Shown piece after piece: positions 11,358-24,397 of a stretch of DNA of 64,000 bases; positions within the stretch are counted from its first letter, which is position 1; every line of letters begins with the position of its first letter. Below the pieces are notes generated by a model. That model had not been told where the DNA came from and made no database searches. It worked only from the letters and a program-made list of their open reading frames with translations. Origin of the DNA: Mustelus asterias (lineage: Eukaryota); NCBI RefSeq assembly GCF_964213995.1, contig NC_135816.1, positions 61,442,001 through 61,506,000 of the forward strand. Reading direction: 5' to 3'. Position numbers and translations under genes: made by a program.

Positions 11358-13515
11358 AAGAACAAAGAACAAAGAACAAAGAAAATTACAGCACAGGAAC
11401 AGGCCCTTCGACCCTCCAAGCCTGCACCGACCATGCTCCCCGACTTAATTAAAACCCCCCTACCCTTCCGGGGACCATATCCCTCTATTCCCATCCTATT
11501 CCTGTACTTGTCAAGACGCCCCTTAATAGTCACTACCGTATCCGCTTCCACTACCTCCCCCAGCAACAAGTTCCAGGCACCCACTACTCTCTGTGTAAAG
11601 AATCTGCCTCGTGCATCTCCTTTAAACCTTACCCCTCGCACCTTAAACCTATGAACCCTAGTAATTGACTCTTCCACCCTGGGAAAAAGCTTCTGACTAT
11701 CCACTCTGTCCATGCCTCTCATAATCTTGTAGACTGCTATCAGGTCTCCCCTCAACCTCCGTCGCTCCAGTGAGAACAAACCAAGTTTCTCCAACCTCAC
11801 CTCATAGCTAATGCCCTCCATACCAGGCAACATCCTGGTAAATCTTTTCTGTACCCCCTCCAAAGCCTCCACATCCTTCTGGTAGTGTGGCGACCAGAAT
11901 TGAACACTATATTCTAAGTGCAGCCTAACTAAGGTTCTAAAAAGCTGCAACAATTTTTAAACTCAATACCCCGGCCGGTGAAGGCAAGCATGCTGTATGC
12001 CTTCTTGACTACCTTCTCCACCTGCATTGCCACTTTCAGTGACCTGTGTACCTGTACACCCAGATCCCTTTGCCTATCAATACTCTTAAGGGTTCTGCCA
12101 TTTACTGTATAATTCCTATCTGTATTAGACCTTCCAAAATACATTACCTCACATTTGTCTGGATTAAACTCCATCTGCCATCTCTCCGCCCAAGTCTCCA
12201 ACTGATCTATATCCTGCTGTATCCTCTGATGGTCCTCATCACTATCCACAAATCCACCAACCTTTGTGTCGTCCGCAAACTTACTAATCAATCCAGTTAC
12301 ATTTTCCTCCAAATCATTTATATATATTACAAACAGCAAAGGTCCTAGCACTGATCCCTGAGGAACACCACTTGTCACAGCCCTCCATTCAGAAATGCAC
12401 CCTTCCAGTGCTACCCTCTGTCTTCTTTGACCGAGCCAATTTTGTATCCACCTTGTTAGCTCACCTCTGATCCCATGCAACTTCACCTTCTGCACCAGTC
12501 TGCCATGAGGGACCTTGTCAACGACCTTACTGAAGCCCAAGTAGACAACATCTACTGCCCTACCCTCATCAATCATCTTCGTCATTGCCTTGAAAAACTC
12601 GATCAAGTTCGTGAGACACGACCTCCCCTTCATAAAACCATGTTGCCTCTCACCAATATGTCCACTTATTTCCAAGTGGGAATAAATCCTGTCTCGAAGA
12701 ATCCTCTCCAATAATTTCCCTACCACTGATGTAAGGCTCACCGGCCTGTAATTACTTGGATTATTCTTGCTACCCTTCTTAAACAAAGGAACTACATTGG
12801 CTATTCTCCAATCCTCTGGGACCTCCCCTATAGCCAGTGAGGATACAAAGATTTCTCTCAAGGCCTCAGCAATTTCCTCCCTTGCCTCTCTCAGTATTCT
12901 GGGGTATATCCCATCAGGCCCTGGGGACTTGTCTACCTTAATGTTTCTCAAGAACCCCAATACCTCCTCCTTTTTGATCTCAACATGACTCAAACTATCT
13001 TCACATCCTCATCATCATCCACCAAGTCCTTCTCTTTGGTGAATTTTGATGCAAAGTACTCATTTAATATCTCGCCCATTTCCTCTGGCTCCAAGCATAG
13101 ATTCTGTCCCTTGTCCTTGAGTGGGCCAACCCTCTCCCTGGCTACCCTCTTGCTCTTTATATACGTATAAAAAGCCTTGGGATTTTCCTTAATTCTGCTG
13201 GCCAATGCTTTTTCATTACCCCTTTTAGCCCTTCTTACTCCTTGCTTAAGCTTCTTTCTACTTTCCTTGTATTCCACACTTGCTTCGTGTGTTCCCAGCC
13301 TCCGAGCTTTGACAAATGCTTCCTTTTTCTCTTTGACTCGGCTCAAACTATCTCTCGTTATCCAAGGTTCCCAAAACTTGCCATACTTATCCTTCATCCT
13401 TACAGGAATGTGCCGGTCCTGAATCCCTATCTACTTACACTTGAAAGCCTCCCACATGCCAGATGTTGATTTGCTCTCAAACATCTGCCCCCAATCTATA
13501 TTCTTCAGTTCCAAC
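11358..13515 (-). mobile_element. CR1 LINE, 5'-truncated, frameshifted
   Basis: RT ORF pieces 11324-13397; (aagaaca)n tail at ~11358-11385. Confidence 0.92.
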
Positions 13516-13703
13516 TTGCAGTAAATTCTAAGAGCTGCATTTCCAAGTTTAGAAGACAATTTGGGAAATGGTAATAAGATCATTTCTACTTCTTCTGAAC
13601 TTCTGGTGTCGGGGGAAAAGAACAACATTCATGGCAAGTGAAATATTATCTAAGTAGCATTTATAACAGGAATAATCAGAATTAGAAATGTGATGGGATA
13701 GAA

Positions 13704-14290
13704 TTAACCCCACCCCCCCCCCCCCCCCCTCAGAGAATGATCAGGCCTCCCCCACCTCCCACCCCCCAGAGAATGATCAGGCTTTCCCCACCCCTCCCCC
13801 CAGAGAATGATCGGGCCCGCCTCCCCCACCCCCACCAGACAACAATCTGCCCTCCTCCCCTCCCACCTCCCCCTCCCCCCCCTCCACCAGACAACGATCA
13901 GGCCTTCCTCCTTCCTCACCCCCATCCACCGGAGATACATCTGACCTGCCTCACCCCCCCCCCCCCCCCCCCCACCCATCAGAAAATGATCGGGCCTTCC
14001 TTCTCCCCCACACACCACCCCACCCCCCCTCACCAGACACCGATCTGGCCAAGCCCCCCCCCCCCACCCCCCTCCCACCAGAGAATGATCTGGCCTTCCT
14101 CCCTCCGCCCACCCCTCCTCAACCAGACAATGATCGGGCCTCTCTCTTCCCTCCCTCCCACCAGAGATACATCTGACCCACCTCCTCCTCCCTCCCCCCT
14201 ACCAGAAAATGATTGGGCCTCCCTTCTCCCTCCCCCCCGACCAGAGAATGATCTGACCCGCCTCCCCCTACTCCCCCCACCCCACCACCA
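13704..14290. repeat. Degenerate ~35-40 bp C-rich minisatellite (ccagagaatgatcgggcc + polyC)
   Basis: More than a dozen repeats of the core, separated by C runs. Confidence 0.8.
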
Positions 14291-14851
14291 ATCTGAGTCA
14301 GAGAGCCGTTGGAAGCTCTGAACTTACCTCTTCAGCAACTGGAGCGCCCGAAACAGACCTTTGCCGAGCAGTTCTGTTTCGTGCCGAATCTGGACGCGCG
14401 AACACGATGGTAAAGCGGGAAATGCTGATAAAGTTGGGCGGGCAGTTCATTAATTCAATTTAAATGCATGCAAATGCATTTAAATCGCCGTTGCGCCGTT
14501 TCGGGCACGAATCAGATTGTGGCCATTTTCAGGCCTCGGTATAGTGGGCATCTGTGCGGACACGGGCACGCATCGCGTTAATGGCCTCACGCCCGACTTT
14601 ACCACATTTTCGCGCCCGAAAATGGGCGCAACGCAATGGTAAAATTGGGCCCATTGTCTGTGTATATTAAAGTTACCGCCTCACCTTCCGCATCGTCGCG
14701 GGCGGGGGCGCAATTTAACCGAGTGGATGGAAGCGGGAGTGGGACATCCCGGCTTCATCCCTCGATATTCAACATAGACATCAACAATAACTCTCGAATC
14801 AGTATTGAAATGGGAGAAATATAAGTAATGGATAATATTGAACTGACTTAC

Positions 14852-15199
14852 CCTCCAAAACCAGCAGATTGAAATTCACTTTCTGAGCATTAAAAAGACC
14901 AGAAATCCTTACACAGCAGCAATACCAGCCACTGTCTCCTTCACCGAGATTATCCACAGTGAGAGATACATCCCCTTCCTCTATTTTACCATCAAGGTGG
15001 TATTTTGTGGAGATTGTGTCAGTTACAGTTTTCCCATTTGTTTTAATCAGTGTTTGTGAACAGTCGAATGTAGAGCACCTTCCCCTGCCCCAGCACATTG
15101 CAGTTTCACCATTCTGAGTGACAGAGTATGTGCAGGGCAGCGTGACTGACTGTCCCAGGAATCCTCGCACTTCAGATCCTCTTACAGAGGGGACTGGAC
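14852..15199 (-). CDS. IgV-domain exon of TIM-family (HAVCR1/TIMD4-like) gene A
   Basis: GQSVTLPCTYS..MCWGRGRCSTFDCSQTLIKTNG..KYHLDGKIEEGDVSLTV..DSGWYCC..GLFN; tttcag acceptor, gtaagt donor, 348 nt, phase 1-1. Confidence 0.92.
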
Positions 15200-15678
15200 C
15201 TGAAACAATCCAGATAAAGACAGTAATAATTCAGTGTCCATTGCAGTGACAGAGAAAGTGTGCAGTGAATGAACAGACAGCACAGCACAGAGAATACCAG
15301 TTACCAACCAGCTGCTGTGACGGGAACATAGTGACTCATAAATAAGAACCGGAGTCAGGTATTCAGTAACCGAGCCTCTTCCACCACTCAGTTAGATCGA
15401 AGTTGATCTGTGCTACAATTCACTTTATTCCGTTTAGCTCCATATCCTTCCACATTCCTACCTAATGTTACAGACAAGGGAAAGATGGTTCTCCTTTCTT
15501 CCCATCTGTCAACTAACAGCAACATGATGTGTTTTCAGAGATGTGTGTTAACACTTGAGTGCTGAAACTTCCAAGAACAGACGCAAGTCAAGCTTTCTCA
15601 TGACGAAAATACATATTTAATTCCCAGCACCACCTTTTCCAGTCCAAGTTGTGGTTGAACCCTTGCAGTGAATATATA

Positions 15679-16648
15679 GGCTGGGATTCTCCCAAAAGAA
15701 TTCTCAGTCTCCAGTTCGCGTGAAAGCGGGAATAACTCCTGCCTATTTCTTTAGCGGGGATTTCAGATTGAATCTCCGACACTTTGAGCACTGCAGAGTG
15801 CCCGAGCGAGATTCACACTGAAAATCTGCAGGTGGGGCAATTCCCACTGGAGAGGCCGGCATCATAGCGCTAAGTGGGCCACTGCACATGCGCCGATCTG
15901 ACAGCGCCGAGATTGACTCATGCGCAGTGCCCTTCCGATCGCTGGCCAACCTGATCGCTGTCCAGCCCAGCAACCCCCACCCCCAATCGCTGGCTTCCCG
16001 GATCTCCCCAAGCAACCATTGTTTCCCCACTGTGTGGCCAACCCCAATCTCCCTGAACGCCCCCCCCCCCCCCCACAACCTGGATGGACAACCACAATTG
16101 GCGTCCTCCGTCCCTCTGCTACAATCCCAAATACAGAGTGGCAATGGTTCTCCCCACCCCCACTAATCGTCCCTCCCAATAGGCCCGGCCTTGCCCGGTG
16201 GGAAATGCCAAGGTGCCCCTTGGGGCATTGCCAGTTTTCCCCTTGGGCCAGTATGGCACTGCCAGGCTGGCACTGCCCAGGGGGCAGCCCCCACCTTGGG
16301 GGGCCTCAGTGGCCTCTCTTCACTCCAGTGGGGTCGGCCACCTGTTCCCCGCTAGTAGGGAGCAGTTGTAAACCCTGCTGGAGTGAAGTACGCCTGGCAG
16401 GGGGAGAGACACTAACGGGCCCAGGGACTTCAGTCCTGGGTCTACAAAAGACATTGAAATGTGAATTAGCATATTATAATCAGCTCCGCGCCGATTTCCA
16501 GCCAGGAGCTGATTACTCTAAAAACCTATACTATAGAGATACGTGGAGACCATGACGCCCAACAGGAAGCCCGTATAACGGCCTCTTCTAATGTCTCCCG
16601 GCCCGTTGTGCTACTAGAGCAGCACAGCAGGCTACAAGAATCGCCCCC
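15679..16648. mobile_element. Harbinger-like non-autonomous TIR element (family 2)
   Basis: ggctgggattctc ... gaatcgccccc ends, ATA on both flanks. Confidence 0.7.
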
Positions 16649-17547
16649 ATAATCTGCAAGTAAAAGAATTGATCCATTTCTCTGCCTTTGCTGAATTTCG
16701 AGGCAGGATTCATCCTTTCTCTGAGTGTGCTTCTATGGCCTCCGTAATGAAACTGCCTGCCTTTTACTCTTTGGACTAATAAGATGCTTCATATAACAAG
16801 CCAATGAGGAATGTTTGACATCCCTGTCATTACTCCAGTAATGAATAGTCTCCAAAACCTTTATTTGCTTTTCCATCTCCATGAGACCTGCAAATATATC
16901 AATTATTTTTACTCTCTACTTGAAATGGCAAGAAGCAGGTAGTACTTGGGAAGGTGGTTTGCATTTTAAGTGACTACCCAGAGATATGCTCAGACATGAA
17001 TGAATCCCTGACCCTGTACACAAAACACAAAAGAAGGTCACCGTGCTAAATTCTCTATGGTCAAGGTGTTTTTTCAAAATACAAGCCTATCTGAAGATCA
17101 TGGACATATTACACAGGTGCCACATGAATAAAAAATAATCAATTTTAATGGTGAAAGTTTCAATTGATACACGATCCAGAACCTTTGGGAGAGACTTTCT
17201 TATTTCTACTGTCATCTGCGTGATGTAGTTTTTCCTAATTCACTCTTAAATGGGCCAGCTGTAATATAAGATTATGTGTCCAGGTAAACGGTTTCGCTGT
17301 ACCTGCCCTTTCAAATCACTTTCTCAGTTTAAAGATCTTGATTAATTCCTCCTTGAACCTTCTAAATGCGAGTGAATACAAACATTATTTATGCAGCAAG
17401 CCCTTACACTTTAACACTTCAGGCAACACATTAGGTGAATCTGCACTGATCCTGTTGAAGGCCAGCTGGTCACTCACACACAGAACACTTTATATATGAA
17501 CATCATACATCTGTAGGAAAATTCACTTTTTAAATTCTGAAACTTAC

Positions 17548-17945
17548 CTAAAATCATAGAAACCCTACAGTACAGAAAGAGGCCATTTGGCCCATCGAGT
17601 CTGCACCGACCACAATCCCACCCAGGCCCTACCCCCATATCCTGACATATTTACCCACTAATCCCTCTAACCTACGCATCTCAGGACGCTAAGGGCAATT
17701 TTTAGCATGGCCAATCAACCTAACCCACACATCTTTGGACTGTGGGAGGAAACTGGAGCACCCGGAGGAAACCCACGCAGACACAAGGAGAATGTGCAAA
17801 CTCCACACAGACAGTGACCCAAGCCGGGAATCGAACCCAGGTCCCTGGAGCTGTGAAGCAGCAGTGCTAACCACTGTGCTACCGTGCGGCCCATCAAAAG
17901 AACAAGTAGTGCGGTCAAATGAACAATCATCCTGGTAATAAACAT
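17548..17945 (-). pseudogene. Signal-peptide exon 1 of TIM-like gene A, disrupted by a SINE
   Basis: MFITRMIVHLTALLVLL then SINE; the original donor G|gtaagt is displaced to 17548; intact paralog at 42809-42860. Confidence 0.8.
17554..17892 (-). mobile_element. Full-length HE1/V-SINE-like element
   Basis: GGGCCGCACGGTAGCACAGTGG head, B box, CR1-like tail ending tctatga; absent in paralog B. Confidence 0.9.
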
Positions 17946-18363
17946 AATGCTGGACAGCACAGAATGGAACTATCTGTGTTACAGCTGCTGTAGAATTTTG
18001 AGGCTGGAGTTGAATTTTTGTTTCTAAAGTTAGATCCGTACTGGCGTGAGTGGGTTAAACTTTCATGGGTGATGCTTCCTGTGAACAAGCTCTGTGAACT
18101 GAGGCATGTGTTTAGCAAGAATATATTGGGCTAAATTCTCCGACCTCACCGGCAGCTGCGAAGCACTGGCCCGACTGCAGGGAACGGAGATTTGGCTGAG
18201 TGCGAATTGTCTGTTCTCGCTGGCAGCGGCAGTGGGATGTGAATTGCCCGAGAATACCTCCCATTATCTCCAGTGATTTCCACCATTTTGCAACTGGAAC
18301 AAAATTAACCCATAATCCAAATTATTTTCGAGAGAAACATTAACACTCAAGTAAAATGTATAT

Positions 18364-19386
18364 GGGGGTCATTCTCCCATTCCGCTGCTCTGACTTTTTA
18401 GCGCAGTGGGCCTGGATTAGCCCGATCCGCGCTGGGCGTCCGACCCCGAGTATGCAGCTCCACACCGGAAGTAGTAATGTAATTTAAATGCAGTTAGTGG
18501 GCCTGCGACTGAATTATCCGGGCCCTCTATGATTACCCCCCACCCCAACCAGAGCAGGAATATTTCACTCCAGAGGGTTAACAATAGCTCCCCAATTTTT
18601 GGAAGCTGGCAACCCAGCCCTGTTGGAGTGAAGGAGGGGCAATTGGGACCTTCCAGTGGGTCAGGTGCCGGTGGGTGCCCCCTAGGCATTGGCACCTTGG
18701 CAGTGCCTGCCTCCTCCCCCCGGCACTGCCCAAGGGCAAAGTTCCAATGCCCAGGGGGACCTTGGCACTGTCCATCAGGCATGGGGCTATGCCAAGGGGG
18801 CAGGACTAATATGGGGGATCGGTGGGGAAGAGGGTGTCCTGCTGCCACTCTGCACTTTGGGATCGTGAGCAGAGGAAGGGAGGCCAGCGATCGAGGCTAG
18901 GCATTGGTGGGGGTTGTGGGTTGGGGGGGAGGGGATGGAGATCGGAGCTGCCAGGGGTGATCGAGGCTGCTGGGAGTAGGGGGGGGGGGGGTGGAGGGAG
19001 AGTGATCCAGCTGTGCTGGGGCCGTGGGCATGCTTGGGGGTGCGTGTGATCAGGCTGTGGGAGGGTAAGAGGGCCAGAGTTGCAGGTGGCAGGGCTGACC
19101 AGCAATCGAGCTGGCCATCAATCGGGAGGCCGGCAAACAGGGGCCACGATCTTGGCGCTGACAGATCGGTGCGTGCGCAGTGGCCCACTCACCTCTATAC
19201 TGCCGGCCTCACCAGCAGGAACTGGCCCTGCCTGCTGTTTTTTTAGTGCAATTCACGCTAGTCCACTCTGCAGTGCACAGAGGGTGGGAGATTCTTCTCT
19301 AAACTCCCAGTGAAAAAGAAACAGCGTGATTTACTCCAGGTTTCATGCAAATTCGACACTTCGAATTTTTTGGGAGAACCCCGGCC
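18364..19386. mobile_element. Harbinger-like non-autonomous TIR element (family 2)
   Basis: gggggtcattctccc ... gggagaacccc ends; absent at the paralogous site ~43275. Confidence 0.7.
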
Positions 19387-19749
19387 TTTGTCATTATTTC
19401 CACGCTGCAGGTTTAAGAGCAAAGAACTCCAAGGGGTCAGCTATGCTGAATTTGTGTTACCGAGCTGAAACTCGCATTGTCCAATGCTCTGCAATTCTGA
19501 CCCTATCGTATTTTGCATAGGTCTATTAATTACCATATCTATTGCAACTCTCATCCTAAATGGGAGTAATGTGATGGGTGCCTGAAAATTAGGCTGCAAT
19601 ATTTTGAAAATCAACTTTCTCTAAAGAATACAACAGCAGGTTGGGGGAACAGTAGATAAGTAAGCAAATGCTCAATTTGTGGCACTTGTGAAGAGTGCCT
19701 TCAAATTAGAAATGAAGAAGGAGCCGAGGCAAAAAAGAGAGACAGTGAG

Positions 19750-20640
19750 AGAACTTAAGAGCATTAGGACAAATGAAATAGGAGCAGAGTTTACCATTCA
19801 GCTTCTCGAGCTTACTCCACCATTCAATATGGCTGATCTTCTGCCTCAATTCCACTGTCCACGTCCATTGATTTACTGAGATATAAAAACTCCATTACAG
19901 CCTTGAATAAAATCAATGAGGGAGCACCCACAACCCTCTGAGGTAGAGAATTCCAATGATTCACAACCCGCTCAGTGAAGAAATTGCTCCTCATCTCTTG
20001 TCCTATATAATTGATCCTTTTTCCTGACCCCCGTGTTCTAGATTCCCCAACCAGTGAAAACAACTTCTCAGTGTCTGTCCGACCAAGCCCCTTCAGAATC
20101 CTGTATGTTTCACTTCGTTAAACTCCAAAGAGTACGGGGCCAGTTTACTCAATCTCTCAACACAGAACAAAACTTTCATTCGAAGAACCAATTTAATGAA
20201 CCTTCAGCGTAACACCTCAAAGTATATCCTTTCTTATATTTGGGACCAAACCTGCACAACTGTACTCAGGTGTCATGTATTCAAAGCACTGTTCAACTGT
20301 GCTTCATTCTTGTACTGGAACAAGCAGATGCCCCTACTGGTGCTTCACTGTGACAGAGCTGTCAGGGTGCCTTGTACAACTGCAGCAAAATTCCCTCATT
20401 CTGGTACTCCAACTCTCAATAAAGACCAACATGCGATTTGCCTTCCTAGTTGCTGTCTCTGCATGAAAAATGTTTGTGTTCCTTATGTGAGAACATCAAA
20501 GCCCCTCTGAACATGAACACTTATAAGTTTAATACCTTTAAACAAGTATTCTGCTTTTCTATTTTACTACCAAAGGGTATAATTTCACACCTTCCCACAT
20601 AATGCTCCATCTGCCATACCACCATTTGCTTAATCTGTCT
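19750..20640 (-). mobile_element. Old degenerate CR1 3' fragment
   Basis: FFTERVVNHWNSLPQRVV in the ORF track; paralog from ~43970 onward. Confidence 0.7.
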
Positions 20641-20929
20641 CTATCGAGAGTGACTAATTGTCCAGTTTTCAGCTGGACACTCCATGGTCCGGTACCAAAT
20701 GCCTTTATGGCGGCATTTTTACTTTGGGGTGCAAACAGTCACTGCAAGATCATCCTCACATTGACAGCTCTGCCACAGTGACTCACCAGTAGGGGCATCA
20801 GCTTATTCCTTTTCTCATTGTTACTTTCAGTCAGTATTTAGTTGAGGGCCACACACAAGCTTGGCCTCTGCTCAAGCACTCTCCCTTGCATGTATGCTTG
20901 AATAAACTAGCTTGACTTTACTCTTCCCG

Positions 20930-21040
20930 GACTCTGAACAAAAAGAAGCCTTTGCAAAAATTAAGCAGGCTCTGCAGTCGTCGATCTTCCGGATGCACTT
21001 CACCACAATCAAACCCTTGGCAGTAACCTGCGATGTTCTA
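20930..21040 (+). mobile_element. Gypsy-like RT/RNase H linker fragment
   Basis: SEQKEAFAKIKQALQSS..HF..KPLAVTCD. Confidence 0.45.
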
Positions 21041-21103
21041 GTGGAGTGCAAGGGTCTACTAAGGCAATAACTACCCAGAACAGGGTCATCAATATGGATG
21101 ATA

Positions 21104-21193
21104 CAGTAAGAAGTCTCACAACACCAGGTTAAAGTCCAACAGGTTTATTTGGTGGCACGAGCTTTCAGAGCGCTGCCCCTTCATCAGGTGATA
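21104..21193 (-). mobile_element. Short PLE terminal fragment with hammerhead motif
   Basis: pLTR sequence flanked by atatggatgat duplication; absent at paralog ~47515. Confidence 0.85.
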
Positions 21194-21429
21194 GATATGG
21201 ATGATGACTGATTGAGAGGCTCATGATTGGAACATTATAAACCACAAAACAAAAGGCAGGACCAGACACCAAATAAACATTCCTTAGTAAAATGTTGTGG
21301 AGGAAAGGGGGTCATGCAAACCTTATGAAATCACTATATCCAGTTGTGAACTCAAAAGCAGGCCAGTCAGCTGATTTATCACCAGCCTGCAAATCTCCAA
21401 CAGCAGAACCACAGGCTGACCAAGCAGGC

Positions 21430-21755
21430 ATAGAATCATAGAATCCCTACAATGTAGAAGGAAGCCATTCAAACCATCGAGCTTGCACCGACAACAATCC
21501 CACCTAGGTCCTATCCCCGTAACCCCATGTAATTACCCTGCTAGTCCCCATAACATTAAGGGACAATTTTAACATTGCCAATCAAACTAACCTGCACATC
21601 TTTGGACTATGGGAGGAAACTGGAGCACCCGGAGGAAATCCACGCAGACATGGGGAGAATGTGCAAACTCCACACAGTCACCTGAGGCCAGAATTGAACT
21701 TGGGTCCCTGGTGCTGTGAGACAGCAGTGTTATCCACTGTGCCACCGTGCTGCCC
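21430..21755 (-). mobile_element. HE1/V-SINE-like element
   Basis: Family core and tail; absent in paralog. Confidence 0.85.
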
Positions 21756-24237
21756 AACAAGAAACCTTCTGAAAGCCTACTTTACTATAGCCACTGACCA
21801 CCATCTGCCAAGCAGAACAAATTTCTATCCAAATCTTCTCACTGCAGTGCCATCACCTTCAAATAATTCTGCACTTCTGCCTTTATCCTGAAACCCACCT
21901 GAATTGGAACTTCATTACTTCCTGTAATCTGGAAATGAACTGATATCTATTTATGTGAAAGTTACTTTAAAAGTCACTACACAAACCAAGGTTTATTGGA
22001 ATAAGTATCACAACCTACTTTAAAACAAAAAAAATGCCTCTGCTTGTAGATAGATGGCGAGAGAGCGCAAAGGAGTTCAGTTTTGCCTCTCTCTCCTGTC
22101 CGCAAAGCATGGTTACAATTTGGTGTGCCTTTGTCCCACGTTAAACAGGAAGATGTATTTTATGCGTTCAAACTCCGAGCTAACTTGTCACAAATTAGCA
22201 TCCACCGAAGAGGCTGAACCCTTGAAAATGTGCCTAGCTGAAGAGGCGCAAGCAAATTACAGGATTCTGAATGACTTGGCCAATTTTCACATGCAGATCG
22301 AATGTCTGGTAGCGTTGCGAGGCATCAAGGTCAACCCAGACATACATATCAGTAAACCCAACAATGGAACTGGGAGGGTTATCCTTAACAAGTGTTAAAG
22401 TATTAATAAAATGCACAAAATGCTTAATGATGGGTCCAAATTCACATCCATTGGAACTGTCGCTCAGCATGACAAGACAGCCTTGCTCAAAGATTAGCTG
22501 AAAAAACATTTGTCTGGCCTGTTGAACAGCAATGAGTTGATGGATGATGGAATTTATCGTCACAGCTCACTACATTGTTTATGTATGGGCTTCCCAAGAC
22601 AAATAAAAGTGATGTCCCATTCTGCTCTATCTTATCTATGCACATAATGTGAATTGGCCAAATGGTTGGGCGAATTGCTACAATTTGTTTTGAACAAGTT
22701 TTCCAGATAAACAGTGAAGGATTCCTTCACATTTGCAAAGACGATACGGGAGTTCCATATCAATAGCAATGCTGTGTTCATGTGCTCATTTCACATTGCT
22801 GGCCTCTTCACCGATGCAGCGACATTATCCGAATCAATATTCACTGAACTTCTGAACTCAATAACTGGCGCAGTTCAGGTCAGTTTTAATGACACCATGT
22901 ATGTCCCAATATATGGTGTTGCCATGAAATCCCCTCGAGGCATGATGTGGAGATGCTGGCGTTGGACTGGGGTGGGCACAGTAAGAAGTCTCACATCACC
23001 AGGTTAAAATCCAACAGGTTTATTTGGCAGCCTGAAGAAGGAGCGAGATCCCCTCTAGGCCCAGCTCTCACAAACATTTTTTTTTGGGTTCCACGAGAAA
23101 CGCATCACTTCCTATCCCTTGCATATTCCTGATATGTCAATGATCTCATTGCTATATTTAAATCTGTAACTGCATGTAAGAATTTCCTTACACATCTTAA
23201 TAGGCTCATCCTGTGCTCAAATTCACCTTTGAAATAGAGCAGTTAAATGAGCTCCCTTTCTTGGACGTGCTTGTTGAGAAATCTGTTAATGGGTTCTCTA
23301 CCACCGTCTGCAACAAGCCCACCTATACTGGTCACTCTATGCATTGGGATTCATACAGTTCCCGACGCAATAAGATTGGCCTTATCAGCAATCTCATATA
23401 TAGGGCTCCAAGTCATTTTCTCACCCTGCAAGCCTGATGCTAAAATAGGGTGCGTCAAAGTCATTCTGCGAGATAGCAGTTACGCTGATTAGATCATTGC
23501 TCTCTGTATATCATATAAACTCATAATCGGTCTAATGCTGTCACTTTCAGTCCTGAAAAATATCCAGTCTACCTTAGATTATCTTGGAAGGGAAGGTTTC
23601 TCAAAGATTTGAGCAACAGGTGAGGCTAGCAACTTCACACTGCTACTATGCAGTAGCAACACAAGTGGTATTCATCACTAATAGAATATTGCTGTCAAGC
23701 CAAAGATTCTGCCTATCACACATGTAAGTAATGTGGTATATGAATTTCAGAGTCAGTGTGAAGCTAGGCATGCAGACCATACATCCCAATGACTGACGGG
23801 CAGATTGTATCAAACAGCATTGGCTGTTTGCAATGGACGAAGTACTGACTATGCCCAACCAGCTTGCAAAACTCAAAACATACTGTCCAACATTAGATGT
23901 GATTCTGTGATAGTACAACATTTGTTAAACAATCTAGATTGTGCTAAGAATTACACTGACAACCAATTTAAGATTGTTGATGGGGCTAGCGGTATGGCTC
24001 ACTTACGTGTGCTCGATGCTACATATATTAATACACAGGACGCAGTCCTTGGCAGACAGGAAGAACATGTACACACATTGTGCCTAAATCAGATCGGCCA
24101 CAGCCATTTCCTTCTCAATTCCCTGGGCAATGCCTTGACCAATCAGAATAAACCAGCTTGGTTTAAATGTAAACAAAACTTGGCATTTAATTGTCAGTTA
24201 TCAATTGGCTAGTGCATCCTCTATGGCAATGCATTGA

Positions 24238-24397
24238 CAGTAAGAAGTTTAACAACACCAGGTTAAAGTCCAACAGGTTTATTTGGTAGCAAAAGCCACT
24301 TGGCTTTTGCTACCAAATAAACCTGTTGGACTTTAACCTGGTGTTGTTAAACTTCTTACTGTGTTTACCCCAGTCCAACGCCGGCATCTCCACATCA
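24238..24397. mobile_element. Palindromic mini-PLE (two pLTR ends head-to-head)
   Basis: Perfect ~60 bp arms around ccac-t-tgg at 24300; atgcattgac duplication on the flanks. Confidence 0.9.

Larger units (their letters stand above)
10641..14652. mobile_element. PIF/Harbinger-like non-autonomous element (family 1) with nested CR1 and C-rich minisatellite
   Basis: TIRs gggcccgattttgccatt / aatggtaaaattgggccc; absent from the paralogous intron at ~39131. Confidence 0.8.

Noticed and set aside
13704-14321. Pro-rich and Gly-rich ORFs here and at 33546-34705 and 55705-56493
   Set aside because: Translations of polyC/polyG minisatellites and GC-rich TIR-element bodies
17820-17892. tRNA genes
   Set aside because: A/B boxes belong to SINE heads followed by SINE body and tail
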